Positions 1 through 10,052 are shown, numbered from the stretch's first letter. The stretch: 64,000 nt of DNA from Halorussus marinus (GCF_004765795.1 NZ_SBIV01000001.1:124001-188000); one strand, 5' to 3'. Notes: generated by a model not told the origin, from the sequence alone. Numbers and translations: made by a program.

Positions 1-194
1 CCGCGAGACTCGTCATGTGCGGGCCATCGCACGCCATCAAGTAAACGTTGCGTCAGACGCTCGCAATCCGTCGAACGCGACGGTGGCCCGGCCCCGACTC
101 CGGTCGGCGTCCGCGCCGGTGCGGTATCCATACGCCTTTCAGCCGGGACTCCGTACTCACGGCCACTCACATGAAGGACGACGAAGACGCGCCC

Positions 195-449
195 ATGGAC
201 GCCGCGGACGTACAGCGACTCATCGAATCGAACCTCGACGGCGCCGAGGCCACCGTCACGCGCCCGCGGGGCGTCGACGACGACGACCACCTCGCGGCCA
301 CCGTCGTCTCGCCCGCCTTCGAGGGCGAGTCGCTGGTCGACCAACACGAGATGGTCTACGACGCGCTGGGCCAGCACATGACCACCGACATCCACGCGGT
401 AGAGCTGAAGACCTACACGCCCGAGGAGTACGAGGCCAGAGACGACTGA
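195..449 (+). CDS. bolA: BolA/IbaG family protein
   Basis: DDHLAATVVSPAFEGESLVDQHEMVYDAL...DIHAVELKTYTP is the BolA signature; alternative ATG at 171. Confidence 0.9.
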   Translation: MDAADVQRLIESNLDGAEATVTRPRGVDDDDHLAATVVSPAFEGESLVDQHEMVYDALGQHMTTDIHAVELKTYTPEEYEARDD

Positions 450-706
450 TCGGCGCGCCGTTCACCGGGCCCGACGGACGAGTCGCCGGAGGTCGAGGTG
501 GCCCGCGCCGTGATAGCGCTCGCCGCCGTGAGAAGCGTTTGCCTGCTACAATCTGTCATCCGACCGCACGTTGCTATCTTACCGGTATAAAATCTTTGAT
601 TAAATGCTGACTGTGCGTAGATTAGTGGCGTAGAAGGTTGCTTCATACCTCGCGAGCGGCCGGACTCATTTCGCCGACCGGCGGAGAAAGACTGCTCGCC
701 GGGCGC

Positions 707-1849
707 TCAGACGTTCGGCTCGGTGACCTCGGCCCGATCGAGCGTGCGGTTGTGGAGCGCCCGTCCGGTTTCTCGGTCGAAGACGTGGATCGCCTCCTCG
801 GGGATCCGCGCCGCGACCTGCTGGCCGGCGTCGACCTTCCGCATGCCCGAGACGGTGACCACGACGGTCTGGGCCGACGCGTCGTCGTCGAAGGTGAGAT
901 AGACGTTGTTCTCGTTGCCCATCGGTTCGACCACGTCGACGGTCGTGGGGTAGCTGTGGGACGCGTCGGCCGCGCCGTCGAGTTCGATGTCCTCGGGTCG
1001 GATTCCGACCACGAGACTGTCGTGGCCCTCCAGATCCGCGAGCGTCTCCTCGGAGAGGGGGTACTCGAAGGCGTCGCCGACCAGGCTCCCGCCGGCGAGT
1101 TCGACGTCGAGGAAGTTCATCGACGGCTCGCCGATGAACCCGGCGACGAACTGGTTCGCCGGCTCGTGGTAACACTCCAGCGGGGTGCCGACCTGCTGGA
1201 GCCGGCCGTCGTCGAGAATCGCGATCCGGTCGCCCATCGTCATCGCCTCGGTCTGGTCGTGGGTGACGTACATCGTCGTCACGTCGAGGTCCTCCTGGAT
1301 GCGCTGGAGCTCGGTGCGCATCTGGGCCCGGAGCTTCGCGTCGAGGTTCGAGAGGGGCTCGTCCATCAGGAACACTTCCGGGTCCCGGACGATGGCCCGT
1401 CCGAGCGCGACCCGCTGTTGCTGGCCGCCCGACAGCTCGCGAGGTTTGCGGTCAAGCAGGTCGGCGATGCCCATCATCTCGGCGGTCTCGGCGACCCGCG
1501 AGCGGATCTCGTCGTCGGGCATGTCGGTCGACTCTTCGAGCCCGAAGCTCATGTTCTCCCGGACGGTCATGTGGGGGTACAGCGCGTAGCTCTGGAACAC
1601 CATCGCGATGTCCCGGGTCGTCGGGGGCTCGTCGGTGATCGAGTGGTCGCCGAGCCGGATGTCGCCCTGCGAGACGGTTTCGAGCCCGGCGACCATCCGG
1701 AGCGTGGTCGATTTCCCGCAGCCGGACGGTCCCACGAGGACGAGAAACTCCCCGTCTTCGATCTCGACGTCGGCGTCGTCGACCGCGACGATGCGGTCGC
1801 CGCCGTCGTCGAACCACTTCGTGACTCCGTCGAGGGTCAGTTCGGCCAT
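707..1849 (-). CDS. Sugar ABC transporter ATP-binding subunit (MalK-type)
   Basis: Walker A GPSGCGKST, LSGGQQQR signature, MDEPLSNLD, C-terminal GIRPED/TOBE region. Confidence 0.97.
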   Translation of the reverse strand: MAELTLDGVTKWFDDGGDRIVAVDDADVEIEDGEFLVLVGPSGCGKSTTLRMVAGLETVSQGDIRLGDHSITDEPPTTRDIAMVFQSYALYPHMTVRENMSFGLEESTDMPDDEIRSRVAETAEMMGIADLLDRKPRELSGGQQQRVALGRAIVRDPEVFLMDEPLSNLDAKLRAQMRTELQRIQEDLDVTTMYVTHDQTEAMTMGDRIAILDDGRLQQVGTPLECYHEPANQFVAGFIGEPSMNFLDVELAGGSLVGDAFEYPLSEETLADLEGHDSLVVGIRPEDIELDGAADASHSYPTTVDVVEPMGNENNVYLTFDDDASAQTVVVTVSGMRKVDAGQQVAARIPEEAIHVFDRETGRALHNRTLDRAEVTEPNV

Positions 1850-1892
1850 CGGCTGTTCCTCCGTGATCGGGGTGGGTAATGGTTCCTCATGG

Positions 1893-2828
1893 TTAGGAAG
1901 CGACTCCTTTCGCGAACTGTTCGCCGAACAGCACGTAGACGATGAGCGTCGGGAGCGCCGCGACGAACGCGCCCGCCATCTGGGTGTTGAACGACTGGAC
2001 GATGCCGCCAGACAGGGCGTTGAGCGCGACGGTCACCGGCGCGGCGGCGCCGCCGCCCGACGGCAGGATGACCAGCGCGAACAGCAGGTCGTTCCAGATC
2101 TGGGTGAACTGATAGATGAGCGTGACCGCAAACATCGGCTTCGACAGCGGGAGCACGATGTTGCGGTAGATGCTGAACACGCTCGCGCCGTCGAGTTTCG
2201 CGGCCTCGATCATCTCGTTCGAGAACGACTGGTAGTACGCCCGGAACAACAGGAACGTGATCGGGATGCCGTACGCGACGTGAGTCACGATGAGGTTGAG
2301 GATCGACGCGTAGTGTTCCTCCATCAGCGGCAGACCCCACAGCACCGACAGCAGCGACTGGGTGTCCACGATGGCGAACAGCCGCGAGAGGGGCACCAAC
2401 ACCGCCTGATACGGGATGAAGATCCCAGCCACGAACAGCGCGACGATCGGCATCTGGTACTTCCAGTCGATCGTCGTCAGGCCGTAGGCCGCGATGCTCC
2501 CGAGCCCAGCCGACAGCACCGTCGCCGGCACCGCCAACAGCAGGCTGTTTATCAGGCCGTTCCACAGCTCTCGGAACGCGACCCGCCACGGTTCGAGGGT
2601 GAACCCCTCCGCTATCGGCGGGAGGAACGGCACGCTCCGGTTGAACGCGTCGGTCGTCTTGAACGCGGTCATCAGCCCCGCTTCGAGCGGCGCAAGGTAG
2701 AAGCCGACGAGCGCCCCTAGCACCGCGTACAGCGCGATCCGCGTTCGGTCGGCGTTTCGCGCGGCGCGGGCGAGTCGCTCGCGTCGCGTGTTCGATTCGG
2801 GCGTCGGACCGGCCGGTGGACTGCTCAT
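1893..2828 (-). CDS. Carbohydrate ABC transporter permease (MalG-like)
   Basis: Multiple TM helices, EAA loop EAAKLDGAS; overlaps upstream permease by 4 nt. Confidence 0.95.
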   Translation of the reverse strand: MSSPPAGPTPESNTRRERLARAARNADRTRIALYAVLGALVGFYLAPLEAGLMTAFKTTDAFNRSVPFLPPIAEGFTLEPWRVAFRELWNGLINSLLLAVPATVLSAGLGSIAAYGLTTIDWKYQMPIVALFVAGIFIPYQAVLVPLSRLFAIVDTQSLLSVLWGLPLMEEHYASILNLIVTHVAYGIPITFLLFRAYYQSFSNEMIEAAKLDGASVFSIYRNIVLPLSKPMFAVTLIYQFTQIWNDLLFALVILPSGGGAAAPVTVALNALSGGIVQSFNTQMAGAFVAALPTLIVYVLFGEQFAKGVAS

Positions 2829-3898
2829 AGTTCACCTCGTCTGTACTCGGCGTAGAGGTACGGCGCGACGACCGCGAGCGCCATCGCGAACAGCACGATG
2901 GCGATGGCCGACCCGTACGCCCACTGGTTCGACCCGAACGCCTCCCGGAACATCATCGTCGCGAGGATGTCGGCGGCCGGGCCGGGGTTGTTGCCGAACA
3001 TCACGTAGAGGAAGTCGAACGCCTTCAGCGCGAACACCATCAGCACCACCGCGGCGCTCATGGTCGAGGCTCTGAGCTGGGGGAGGATCACCCGCCAGTA
3101 CATCTTGAGCGTGCTCGCGCCGTCGACCCGCGCGGCCTCGTAGTGGTCGTCCGGGATCGCTCGCAGGCCCGCGAGGTACACGACCATCGCGTACCCCGAG
3201 AACTGCCAGATGAGCGCGAAGATGACCGCCGCCAGCTTGGTGTCGGGGTTCGAGATCCACTGGAGCGTCAGAACGTCCAGCCCCAGCTGGCTGAGCGTGA
3301 CGTTGATCATCCCGATCTCCGGGTTGTACATCCACGCCCAGAACTTCGCGGTCACCACGAACGAGAGGCTCATCGGGAGCAGGTAGATCGTCCGGAACGT
3401 GTTCTCGAACCGGATCCCCTGATCGACGAGGATGGCGAGGAGCAACCCGAACACCAGACACAGCGCGGTGAACACCACCAGCAGGACCAGCGTGTTCTGG
3501 GCCGCGGTCCAGAACGTGGGGTCGTTCAACGCCTGCCGATACATGTCGAGGTCGAAGTTCGAAACGTCGTACTCCGGTAGGACGAGCCCGCTGAAGTCGG
3601 TCAGCGAGATCACGAAGTTCCAGCCGATGGCGCCGTAGACGAAAAACCCCATCAGCAAGAACGGCGGCAGCCAGAAGGGGATCGACTGGACGAAGTCGCT
3701 CGAAAGAAGCGACCGTCGGCCCCCCGTCTCCTCGGCCGCGGCGACCCCGCCGTCCGCGCGGAGGCGCTCGTCGCCGGCGTCCGATCCGTCGCCGGACGCC
3801 GTCTGTCCGGGTTCGCCTTCGCCGCCGGCTCCCGAACCGCGTACGGACCCGCCCGCGCCGGGGCGGAGTCGTCGGAGTACGTCTGTGAGTCGTTGCAT
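2825..3898 (-). CDS. Carbohydrate ABC transporter permease (MalF-like)
   Basis: TM helices, YEAARVDGAS loop, operon context. Confidence 0.95.
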   Translation of the reverse strand: MQRLTDVLRRLRPGAGGSVRGSGAGGEGEPGQTASGDGSDAGDERLRADGGVAAAEETGGRRSLLSSDFVQSIPFWLPPFLLMGFFVYGAIGWNFVISLTDFSGLVLPEYDVSNFDLDMYRQALNDPTFWTAAQNTLVLLVVFTALCLVFGLLLAILVDQGIRFENTFRTIYLLPMSLSFVVTAKFWAWMYNPEIGMINVTLSQLGLDVLTLQWISNPDTKLAAVIFALIWQFSGYAMVVYLAGLRAIPDDHYEAARVDGASTLKMYWRVILPQLRASTMSAAVVLMVFALKAFDFLYVMFGNNPGPAADILATMMFREAFGSNQWAYGSAIAIVLFAMALAVVAPYLYAEYRRGEL

Positions 3899-3922
3899 GT
3901 GAAAACGAAAGGTGGGGCCGCG

Positions 3923-5302
3923 TCAGTTGAACGCCTGTTCGAGCTGGCCGTAGGTCTTGTCGACGTTCCAGTTCGAGATGAACCCCGCCATCGCGTCGCT
4001 GATGTTGCTCTTGGGGTTCGGCGGGACCGCGAGCCCGTGCTCGATCGACTGGACCTGCGAGTCGGAGTTCTGGAAGTCGTCCATCTGTCGGGTGAGGAAC
4101 GGCCCGAACTCGTCGCTCGGCACGTCGGTCCGGGGCGGGATCGACCCCTTCAGGGGGTTGAACCGCTCTTGGGCGTCGACCGAGCCGACGTACTGCAGGA
4201 ACTTCGCGGTCGCCTCGGGCGAGGGGTTGTTCGTCGGGAACGGGAACGAGTCCATGTTGAGCGCGTAGACGCCCTCGGTCCCGGGGAACGGAACGTGGTC
4301 CCAGTCGTCCTCGAACTCGAAGCCGTCCTGGTTGCGGTACATCCCGGCCGCCCAGTCGCCCTGGTGGAAGAACGCGGCCTCGTCGTTGAGGATCTTCTGG
4401 TTGGCCTCGGTCCAGCTCACCGAGCCGGCGTCCTCGTTGAGGTAGTCGGTGTAGTCGACGACCGTCTGAAGCGAGCTGGTGACCGCCTCTTCGTTGGCGG
4501 CGACCTCGCCCTCCGCGAACGCGTTGTACGTCTCGACGTCGGTCTCGCCGAGCAGTACGGTCGCCCACAGTTGGGTGGTCGACCACGCAGACGACGTCTG
4601 GTGGGCCATCCCGACCGCGTCGGTCTCGGACTCGACGGTCTCCATCGCGTCGACGAGGTCGCCCGGCGTCTCGATCGAGGCGGGGTCGACGCCAGCCTCC
4701 TCGACGACCGAGACGTTGTAGAACAGGTTGTTGATCCGGTGGATGTTCAGCGGAACGGTCACGAAGGTGCCGTCGGGGCGAGCCGCCTCTTTCGGGCCCT
4801 CGAGGTAGTTTTCCTTCATCCCGTTCTGGCCCCACACCGACTCGCCGATGTCTTCGAGCTTGTCGGCCTCGATGTACGGCTGGAGGTTCGCGCCGGGCCA
4901 CGCCTGCCACGAGCTCGGCGGGTTGTCGTTGAGCACGCGCTTTTTGATGACCGTCTCGAGGTTCTGGCCCGCGCCCCCAGAGACCGGGTTCTGCTTGACC
5001 TCGATGTCGGGATACGCTTCGGCGAAGCCTTCGAACAGCGCCTTGATCGCGGGTTCGCCGTCGCCGCCGGTCCACCAGTGCTGGACTTCGAGCGTGTTGT
5101 AGTCCGTCGAGGAGTCGCCCCCGGTCGTCGTCTCCTCGGTCGCGTCGCTCTCGGTCGTCTCCTCGCCCGCCGTGGTCGTTTCGTCCTGACCGCTGTCGCC
5201 GCCCATACAGCCGGCCAGTCCGGTGACTCCGAGGGTCCCCGCTCCGGCCGCCTTCAGGTAGTGTCGTCGCGAAACGTCGGTGTCATCGTTGGTGCCTGTC
5301 AT
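3923..5302 (-). CDS. Sugar (probably glucose) ABC substrate-binding lipoprotein, Tat-exported
   Basis: SRRHYLK twin-arginine motif, LAGC lipobox, Thr/Glu linker, HWWTGG, NIHRINNLFYN and QGDWA motifs typical of glucose-binding family-1 SBPs. Confidence 0.92.
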   Translation of the reverse strand: MTGTNDDTDVSRRHYLKAAGAGTLGVTGLAGCMGGDSGQDETTTAGEETTESDATEETTTGGDSSTDYNTLEVQHWWTGGDGEPAIKALFEGFAEAYPDIEVKQNPVSGGAGQNLETVIKKRVLNDNPPSSWQAWPGANLQPYIEADKLEDIGESVWGQNGMKENYLEGPKEAARPDGTFVTVPLNIHRINNLFYNVSVVEEAGVDPASIETPGDLVDAMETVESETDAVGMAHQTSSAWSTTQLWATVLLGETDVETYNAFAEGEVAANEEAVTSSLQTVVDYTDYLNEDAGSVSWTEANQKILNDEAAFFHQGDWAAGMYRNQDGFEFEDDWDHVPFPGTEGVYALNMDSFPFPTNNPSPEATAKFLQYVGSVDAQERFNPLKGSIPPRTDVPSDEFGPFLTRQMDDFQNSDSQVQSIEHGLAVPPNPKSNISDAMAGFISNWNVDKTYGQLEQAFN

Positions 5303-5342
5303 ACTATCTGTGACCTAACACTGAGAAGAGGCTACCAGCCAC

Positions 5343-5376
5343 TTAAACGTTGTTGAAATTAATGCAGAATCGAGTA
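5343..5376 (-). promoter_or_regulatory. TATA box of the sugar ABC operon plus degenerate TrmB-like box (TAAT-N8-GAGTA, 5360-5376)
   Basis: TTTAAG on minus strand at about 5342-5347; one-mismatch match to TACT-N7/8-GAGTA. Confidence 0.5.
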
Positions 5377-5472
5377 AAGTGTCACTCGCTCCTACAGCTC
5401 CCGCCGGGGTCGCCGGTCGCTCCGGCGGCGTTCCGGTGGCTTTTACGCCCGGCCCCTCCTTGAGCCGAACGT

Positions 5473-6885
5473 ATGACCGACGAGGAGAGCTACCGGACCG
5501 AATCGGACAGCCTCGGAGAGATGCAGGTGCCCGCGGACGCCTACTGGGGCGCCCAGACACAGCGCGCGCTGGAGAACTTCCCCGTCTCGGGCATCACGTT
5601 CGGGCGGCGATTCGTCCGCGCGCTCGGCGTCGTCAAGAAAGCGGCCGCGCAGGCGAACCGCGACCTCGAACAGATCCCCGACGACAAGGCCGACGCCATC
5701 GTCGAGGCCGCCGACGAGGTCATCGCGGGCGACCACGACGACCAGTTCCCGGTCGACGTGTTCCAGACCGGCTCGGGGACCTCCTCGAACATGAACGCCA
5801 ACGAGGTCATCGCCAACCGCGCGACCGAGATCTACGGCGGCGACCTGGGCACCCGAGAGATCCACCCCAACGACCACGTCAACTACGGCCAGTCGAGCAA
5901 CGACGTGATCCCGACCGCGATGCACGTCGCGTCGCTGGAGGCCGTCGAGAAAGATCTCCTGCCCGCGCTCGACTCGCTGCGCGAGGCCCTCGAAGCCAAA
6001 GAGGCCGAGTTCGACGGCGTCGTCAAGACCGGCCGGACCCACCTCCAGGACGCGACGCCGATCCGGCTCGGCCAGGAGTTCTCGGGCTACCGCACGCAGG
6101 TCGAGAAGGGACTCGGCCGACTCGACCGCATCCGCGAGCACCTCTCGGAGCTCGCGCTGGGCGGGACCGCGGTCGGCACTGGGCTGAACACCCATCCGGA
6201 GTTCCCCGAGACGGCCGCCGAGTACATCTCCGAGGAGACCGGCGTCGAGTTCCGCGAGGCCGACAACCACTTCGAGGCCCAGGCCGCCCACGACGCGATG
6301 AGCGAGGCCCACGGCGCGCTCCGGACGGTCGCGGGCTCGCTCAACAAGATCGCCAACGACCTCCGGCTGCTCGCCTCCGGCCCGCGCAACGGGCTCGGCG
6401 AACTCGAACAGCCCGAGAACCAGCCCGGGAGCTCGATCATGCCCGGCAAGATCAACCCCGTGGTCGCCGAGGCGGTCAATCAGGTCCACAAGCAGGTCGT
6501 GGGCAACGACGCCGCGGTGAGCGCGGGCGCCGCCGAGGGCCAGATCGACCTCAACCTCTACAAGCCGGTGCTCGCGCACAACTTCCTCCAGTCGGCCGAA
6601 CTCCTCGCCAACTCCGCGGAGGTGTTCGGCGAGAAGTTCGTCCGCAAGCTGGAGGCAAACGAGGCCCACTGCGAGGACCAGGTCGAACAGAGCATGGCGC
6701 TCGCGACCGCGCTCAACCCCCACATCGGCTACGACAAGGCCAGCGAGGCCGCCAAGGCCGCGCTCAAGGAGGGCAAGACGGTCCGAGAGGTCGTCGTCGA
6801 GAAGGGGTATCTCAGCGAGGACGAGGCCGCCGAGGTCATCGACCCCGAAGCGATGACCCACCGCGGGATCCTCGGCGACGACTGA
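5473..6885 (+). CDS. fumC: Class II fumarate hydratase
   Basis: GSSIMPGKINP signature, TGSGTSSNMN, KTGRTHLQDA. Confidence 0.98.
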   Translation: MTDEESYRTESDSLGEMQVPADAYWGAQTQRALENFPVSGITFGRRFVRALGVVKKAAAQANRDLEQIPDDKADAIVEAADEVIAGDHDDQFPVDVFQTGSGTSSNMNANEVIANRATEIYGGDLGTREIHPNDHVNYGQSSNDVIPTAMHVASLEAVEKDLLPALDSLREALEAKEAEFDGVVKTGRTHLQDATPIRLGQEFSGYRTQVEKGLGRLDRIREHLSELALGGTAVGTGLNTHPEFPETAAEYISEETGVEFREADNHFEAQAAHDAMSEAHGALRTVAGSLNKIANDLRLLASGPRNGLGELEQPENQPGSSIMPGKINPVVAEAVNQVHKQVVGNDAAVSAGAAEGQIDLNLYKPVLAHNFLQSAELLANSAEVFGEKFVRKLEANEAHCEDQVEQSMALATALNPHIGYDKASEAAKAALKEGKTVREVVVEKGYLSEDEAAEVIDPEAMTHRGILGDD

Positions 6886-6956
6886 TCGGCGCTCGGCCCA
6901 CCGGCCGATCGGTCCGCCCGTCAACCGTTTCACTGCCGGGCCCGTCTGTCGTTGGC

Positions 6957-7349
6957 ATGGCCGAGAACACCGACACGGTTACGGTCGATCTGACGCGGGG
7001 CGAGGCCCGGGTGGTCGTCGCCGCGCTGGCCGACGAGGAGATGACCGCCTCCGACGACCGGGGCCGCCGGCTTCAGGAGGTTCAAGACCGGCTCGCGGCC
7101 GCGTTCGAGTTCGATCAGTACCGCACCGGCGATGGGGGCGAGACGGCCGACGACGAGTGGTCCCCCGGCGAGTGGCTCGACGAGGATGGGCCACTCGACC
7201 CCGACGACACGGCCGAGGTCACCCTCTCGCGGGCGGGCGCCGACGCCGCGAGAGACGCCCTCGCCGCCTTCGAACTGGACGAGCGCGACGAGGACGCCGG
7301 GACCGCCGAGGCCGTCCGCCGGCGAATCGCCGACGCCGTCGGCGGATGA
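6957..7349 (+). CDS. Hypothetical acidic protein with two internal repeats
   Basis: Acidic haloarchaeal composition from MAENTD; fills the gap between fumC and the PH-domain gene. Confidence 0.75.
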   Translation: MAENTDTVTVDLTRGEARVVVAALADEEMTASDDRGRRLQEVQDRLAAAFEFDQYRTGDGGETADDEWSPGEWLDEDGPLDPDDTAEVTLSRAGADAARDALAAFELDERDEDAGTAEAVRRRIADAVGG

Positions 7350-7407
7350 TGGCCTGCTCGCCCGCCGGATGAGTGAACTTATCGGGCAGGAGGTAGTTCC
7401 ACGCGAC

Positions 7408-7872
7408 ATGGAAACGCTGAACCCGCGCATCCGACTGGTCTGGGGCGTCGGCGTGCTCGTGACCGCCGCGGTCCTCGGGGTCGGCGTCGGCGTCGCCGAC
7501 CGGTTCGCGCTCGGCGTCGGCGCGTGGATCGCGGTCGTCGCCGCGGTCGCCGTCCTCGGCGTCGGCGTCGGCTACGTCCTGGTCAAGTACCGGGTCTGGG
7601 CCTTCGAGGTGCGCGACGACGACCTCTACCTCGAACGGGGCGTTCTCACCCGCGTCCACACGGTGGTCCCGTTCGTTCGGGTCCAGCACGTCGACACCCA
7701 GCGGGGCCCCATCGAACGGGCGGCCGGGCTGTCGAGCGTGGTCGTCTACACCGCGGGCTCGCGGGGCGCGGACGTGACGATTCCGGGGCTGACCCCCGAC
7801 CGGGCCGACGCCCTCCAGGAGCGACTCCGCCGCCTCGCCATCGAGAGCGAAGGCGACTTCGACGCGGTATGA
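7408..7872 (+). CDS. Membrane-flanked bacterial PH-domain protein (YdbS-like)
   Basis: 2 TM helices then VPFVRVQHVDTQRGPIERAAGL..V.VYTAG motif; ATGA overlap with next gene. Confidence 0.88.
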   Translation: METLNPRIRLVWGVGVLVTAAVLGVGVGVADRFALGVGAWIAVVAAVAVLGVGVGYVLVKYRVWAFEVRDDDLYLERGVLTRVHTVVPFVRVQHVDTQRGPIERAAGLSSVVVYTAGSRGADVTIPGLTPDRADALQERLRRLAIESEGDFDAV

Positions 7873-9335
7873 AACTCCACCCGCTCTCGGTCCCGTACCG
7901 TGCGATCTCGCGGGGGATCAGCGTCGGCACCTCGGTGGTGTTCCTCGGGATCACGCTGTCGGGCACCGGCGCGATCCCCGATCTGATCGGCCCCGCGCTG
8001 GTCGGGCTCGCAATCTTGGGCGTGCTCGTCACCGCGGGCTGGGAGGTCGCCTACTACCGGCGGTTCGACTACGAACTCACCGACGACGGGCTCGACCTCG
8101 CCTCCGGGGTCGTCTCGCGACGCCACCGCGAGATTCCGCTCCGTCGGGTCCAGAACGTCGACATCTCGCGAAACGTGATCCAGCGCGCGCTCGGGCTCGC
8201 GGCGCTCGATCTCGAAACCGCCGGCGGCGGCGAGACCGAGGCGAGCCTGCGGTACGTCGGCTACGACGAGGCAAAGCGCCTCCAGCGCGAGATCCAGCGG
8301 CTGAAACGCGGCGGGGCCGCGACCGACGCCGGTGAGTCGGTCGGCCGCCCCGACGACCCCGAGGAGACGCTGTTCGAGCTCTCGATGCCCGAACTCGTCG
8401 CGCTGAGTCTCCTTTCGTTCGACCTGCGGTACGTCTCGGTGCTGGCGTTCGGGCCGGTCGCGTTCCCGTTCGTCCCCGGCATCGCCGACCTCGCTTTTCT
8501 CGGGGGCATCGTGATCGTCGGCCTGCTCGCGGTCGGGCTCTGGGCGATCAGTGCGGTGTTCACCTTCGCGCGCTACTACGGCTTCCGGCTCTCGCAGGTG
8601 GGCGAGGAGCTCCGGTACGAGCGGGGGCTGGTCCAGCGCTACGACGGCTCGATCCCGCTGGAGAAGGTCCAGACGGTGACCGTGCGCGAGAACGTCCTGA
8701 TGCGGCGGTTCGGGTACGCCGCGCTCGCGGTCGAGACCGCGGGGTACGCGCCGGGCCAGACGCCGTCTGGCGGGTCGGAGGCCGCGGTGCCGCTCGCGAC
8801 CCGCGAGCGCGTCCTCGATCTGGCGCGGGAGGTCGAGCCGTTCGATCCGCCCGAATTCGAGCGCCCGCCCAAGCGCGCCCGGACGCGCTACGTCGCCCGG
8901 TACACGCTCGCGCTGGCGGGCGTCGCGGGACTCCTCTTGGGCGCCCGGGCGCTGGCCGGCCGCCCCGACCTCTGGTACGCGCCGCTCGCGCTCGTCGTTC
9001 TCACCCCCGTCGCGGCCCAGCTGAAGTGGGCGAATCGCGGGTACGCCCGGGCCGACCGCCACGTCGTGACCCGCAACGGCTTCTGGCAGCGCACCACGAA
9101 GATCGTGGCCTACGATCGGGTCCAGACCGTGATCGAGACCCGGACCATCTTCCAGCGCCGCCGCCGGCTCGCGACGGTCGTGATCGACACCGCGAGTTCG
9201 GCCGGGTTCGGCGGCCGGGAGGCCAGCGCGGTCGACCTCGACCGGACCGACGCCCGGCGGCTCCGAGAGCTGGTCGGGCGGCGACTCCACGAGCGGCTCG
9301 GCGAGCGCTGGACCGAGCGGACCGGACGGCGCTGA
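7869..9335 (+). CDS. Membrane protein with three bPH_2 domains (YdbT-like)
   Basis: Three repeats of 2 TM plus IP..RVQ.V...R......G.A...ETA motif. Confidence 0.88.
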   Translation: MKLHPLSVPYRAISRGISVGTSVVFLGITLSGTGAIPDLIGPALVGLAILGVLVTAGWEVAYYRRFDYELTDDGLDLASGVVSRRHREIPLRRVQNVDISRNVIQRALGLAALDLETAGGGETEASLRYVGYDEAKRLQREIQRLKRGGAATDAGESVGRPDDPEETLFELSMPELVALSLLSFDLRYVSVLAFGPVAFPFVPGIADLAFLGGIVIVGLLAVGLWAISAVFTFARYYGFRLSQVGEELRYERGLVQRYDGSIPLEKVQTVTVRENVLMRRFGYAALAVETAGYAPGQTPSGGSEAAVPLATRERVLDLAREVEPFDPPEFERPPKRARTRYVARYTLALAGVAGLLLGARALAGRPDLWYAPLALVVLTPVAAQLKWANRGYARADRHVVTRNGFWQRTTKIVAYDRVQTVIETRTIFQRRRRLATVVIDTASSAGFGGREASAVDLDRTDARRLRELVGRRLHERLGERWTERTGRR

Positions 9336-10052
9336 TCAGGCGTTCCGGCTGGCTTCGAGGTAGAGGTGGCCGACCGCGAGTCCGAACAGCGCGAGCAGTG
9401 CCGACGAGACGCCCGTACTGAGCGCGAGGGCGGCCGGTCCCGACACCGCCCCGATCGTCCTCGAGACGACCACGGACACCGAGGTGAGCGCGACGGAGAC
9501 CAGCGAGACGCCGACGATCTTCCAGACGCCCCCGCCGGCGACCGCCCAGCTCGATCTGAGGCTCGCGAGCGGCCCCCGCCCGTCGATCACGCAGGCCGGA
9601 TACGCCAGCACGAGCCGGTGGACGAGATACAGCCCCGGGAGCACGAACAGCGCGAAGCCGATCGAGACCAGCGGCCACAACAGCAGGGAGGCCCCGATTA
9701 CCGCGGGCACTCGCTTCGTGGCCCCGACGAGTCGCTCGGCGAGCGGGCTCGTTCGCTCGGCGACCGCGTCCGCCGCGGTCAGATAGCAGACGCCCCAGAC
9801 GACGACCAGCCCGACCGCGAAGGCGAGGGACGCCGGCCACGCCCAGTCGGCGACCGTCGGCGGGTCGGTCGGCGACTCGTAGGTCACCCCGAGCGACGCG
9901 CCGAGCCCAACGAGCTGGACGGCGAACGCGACCGCCGCGAGTTCGAGGTGGTCGCCGAGCGCGTACCACGACCACCGGAGCGTGTCGACCACGTCGAGCC
10001 GACGGACGTGGACCCCCTCGTTCGGGTCGGGTCCGTCGCGCTCGGATGCCAT
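9336..10052 (-). CDS. Hypothetical multi-pass membrane protein
   Basis: About 6 TM helices, LFVLPGLYL...PACVIDG.GP..SL.RSW pattern. Confidence 0.75.
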   Translation of the reverse strand: MASERDGPDPNEGVHVRRLDVVDTLRWSWYALGDHLELAAVAFAVQLVGLGASLGVTYESPTDPPTVADWAWPASLAFAVGLVVVWGVCYLTAADAVAERTSPLAERLVGATKRVPAVIGASLLLWPLVSIGFALFVLPGLYLVHRLVLAYPACVIDGRGPLASLRSSWAVAGGGVWKIVGVSLVSVALTSVSVVVSRTIGAVSGPAALALSTGVSSALLALFGLAVGHLYLEASRNA

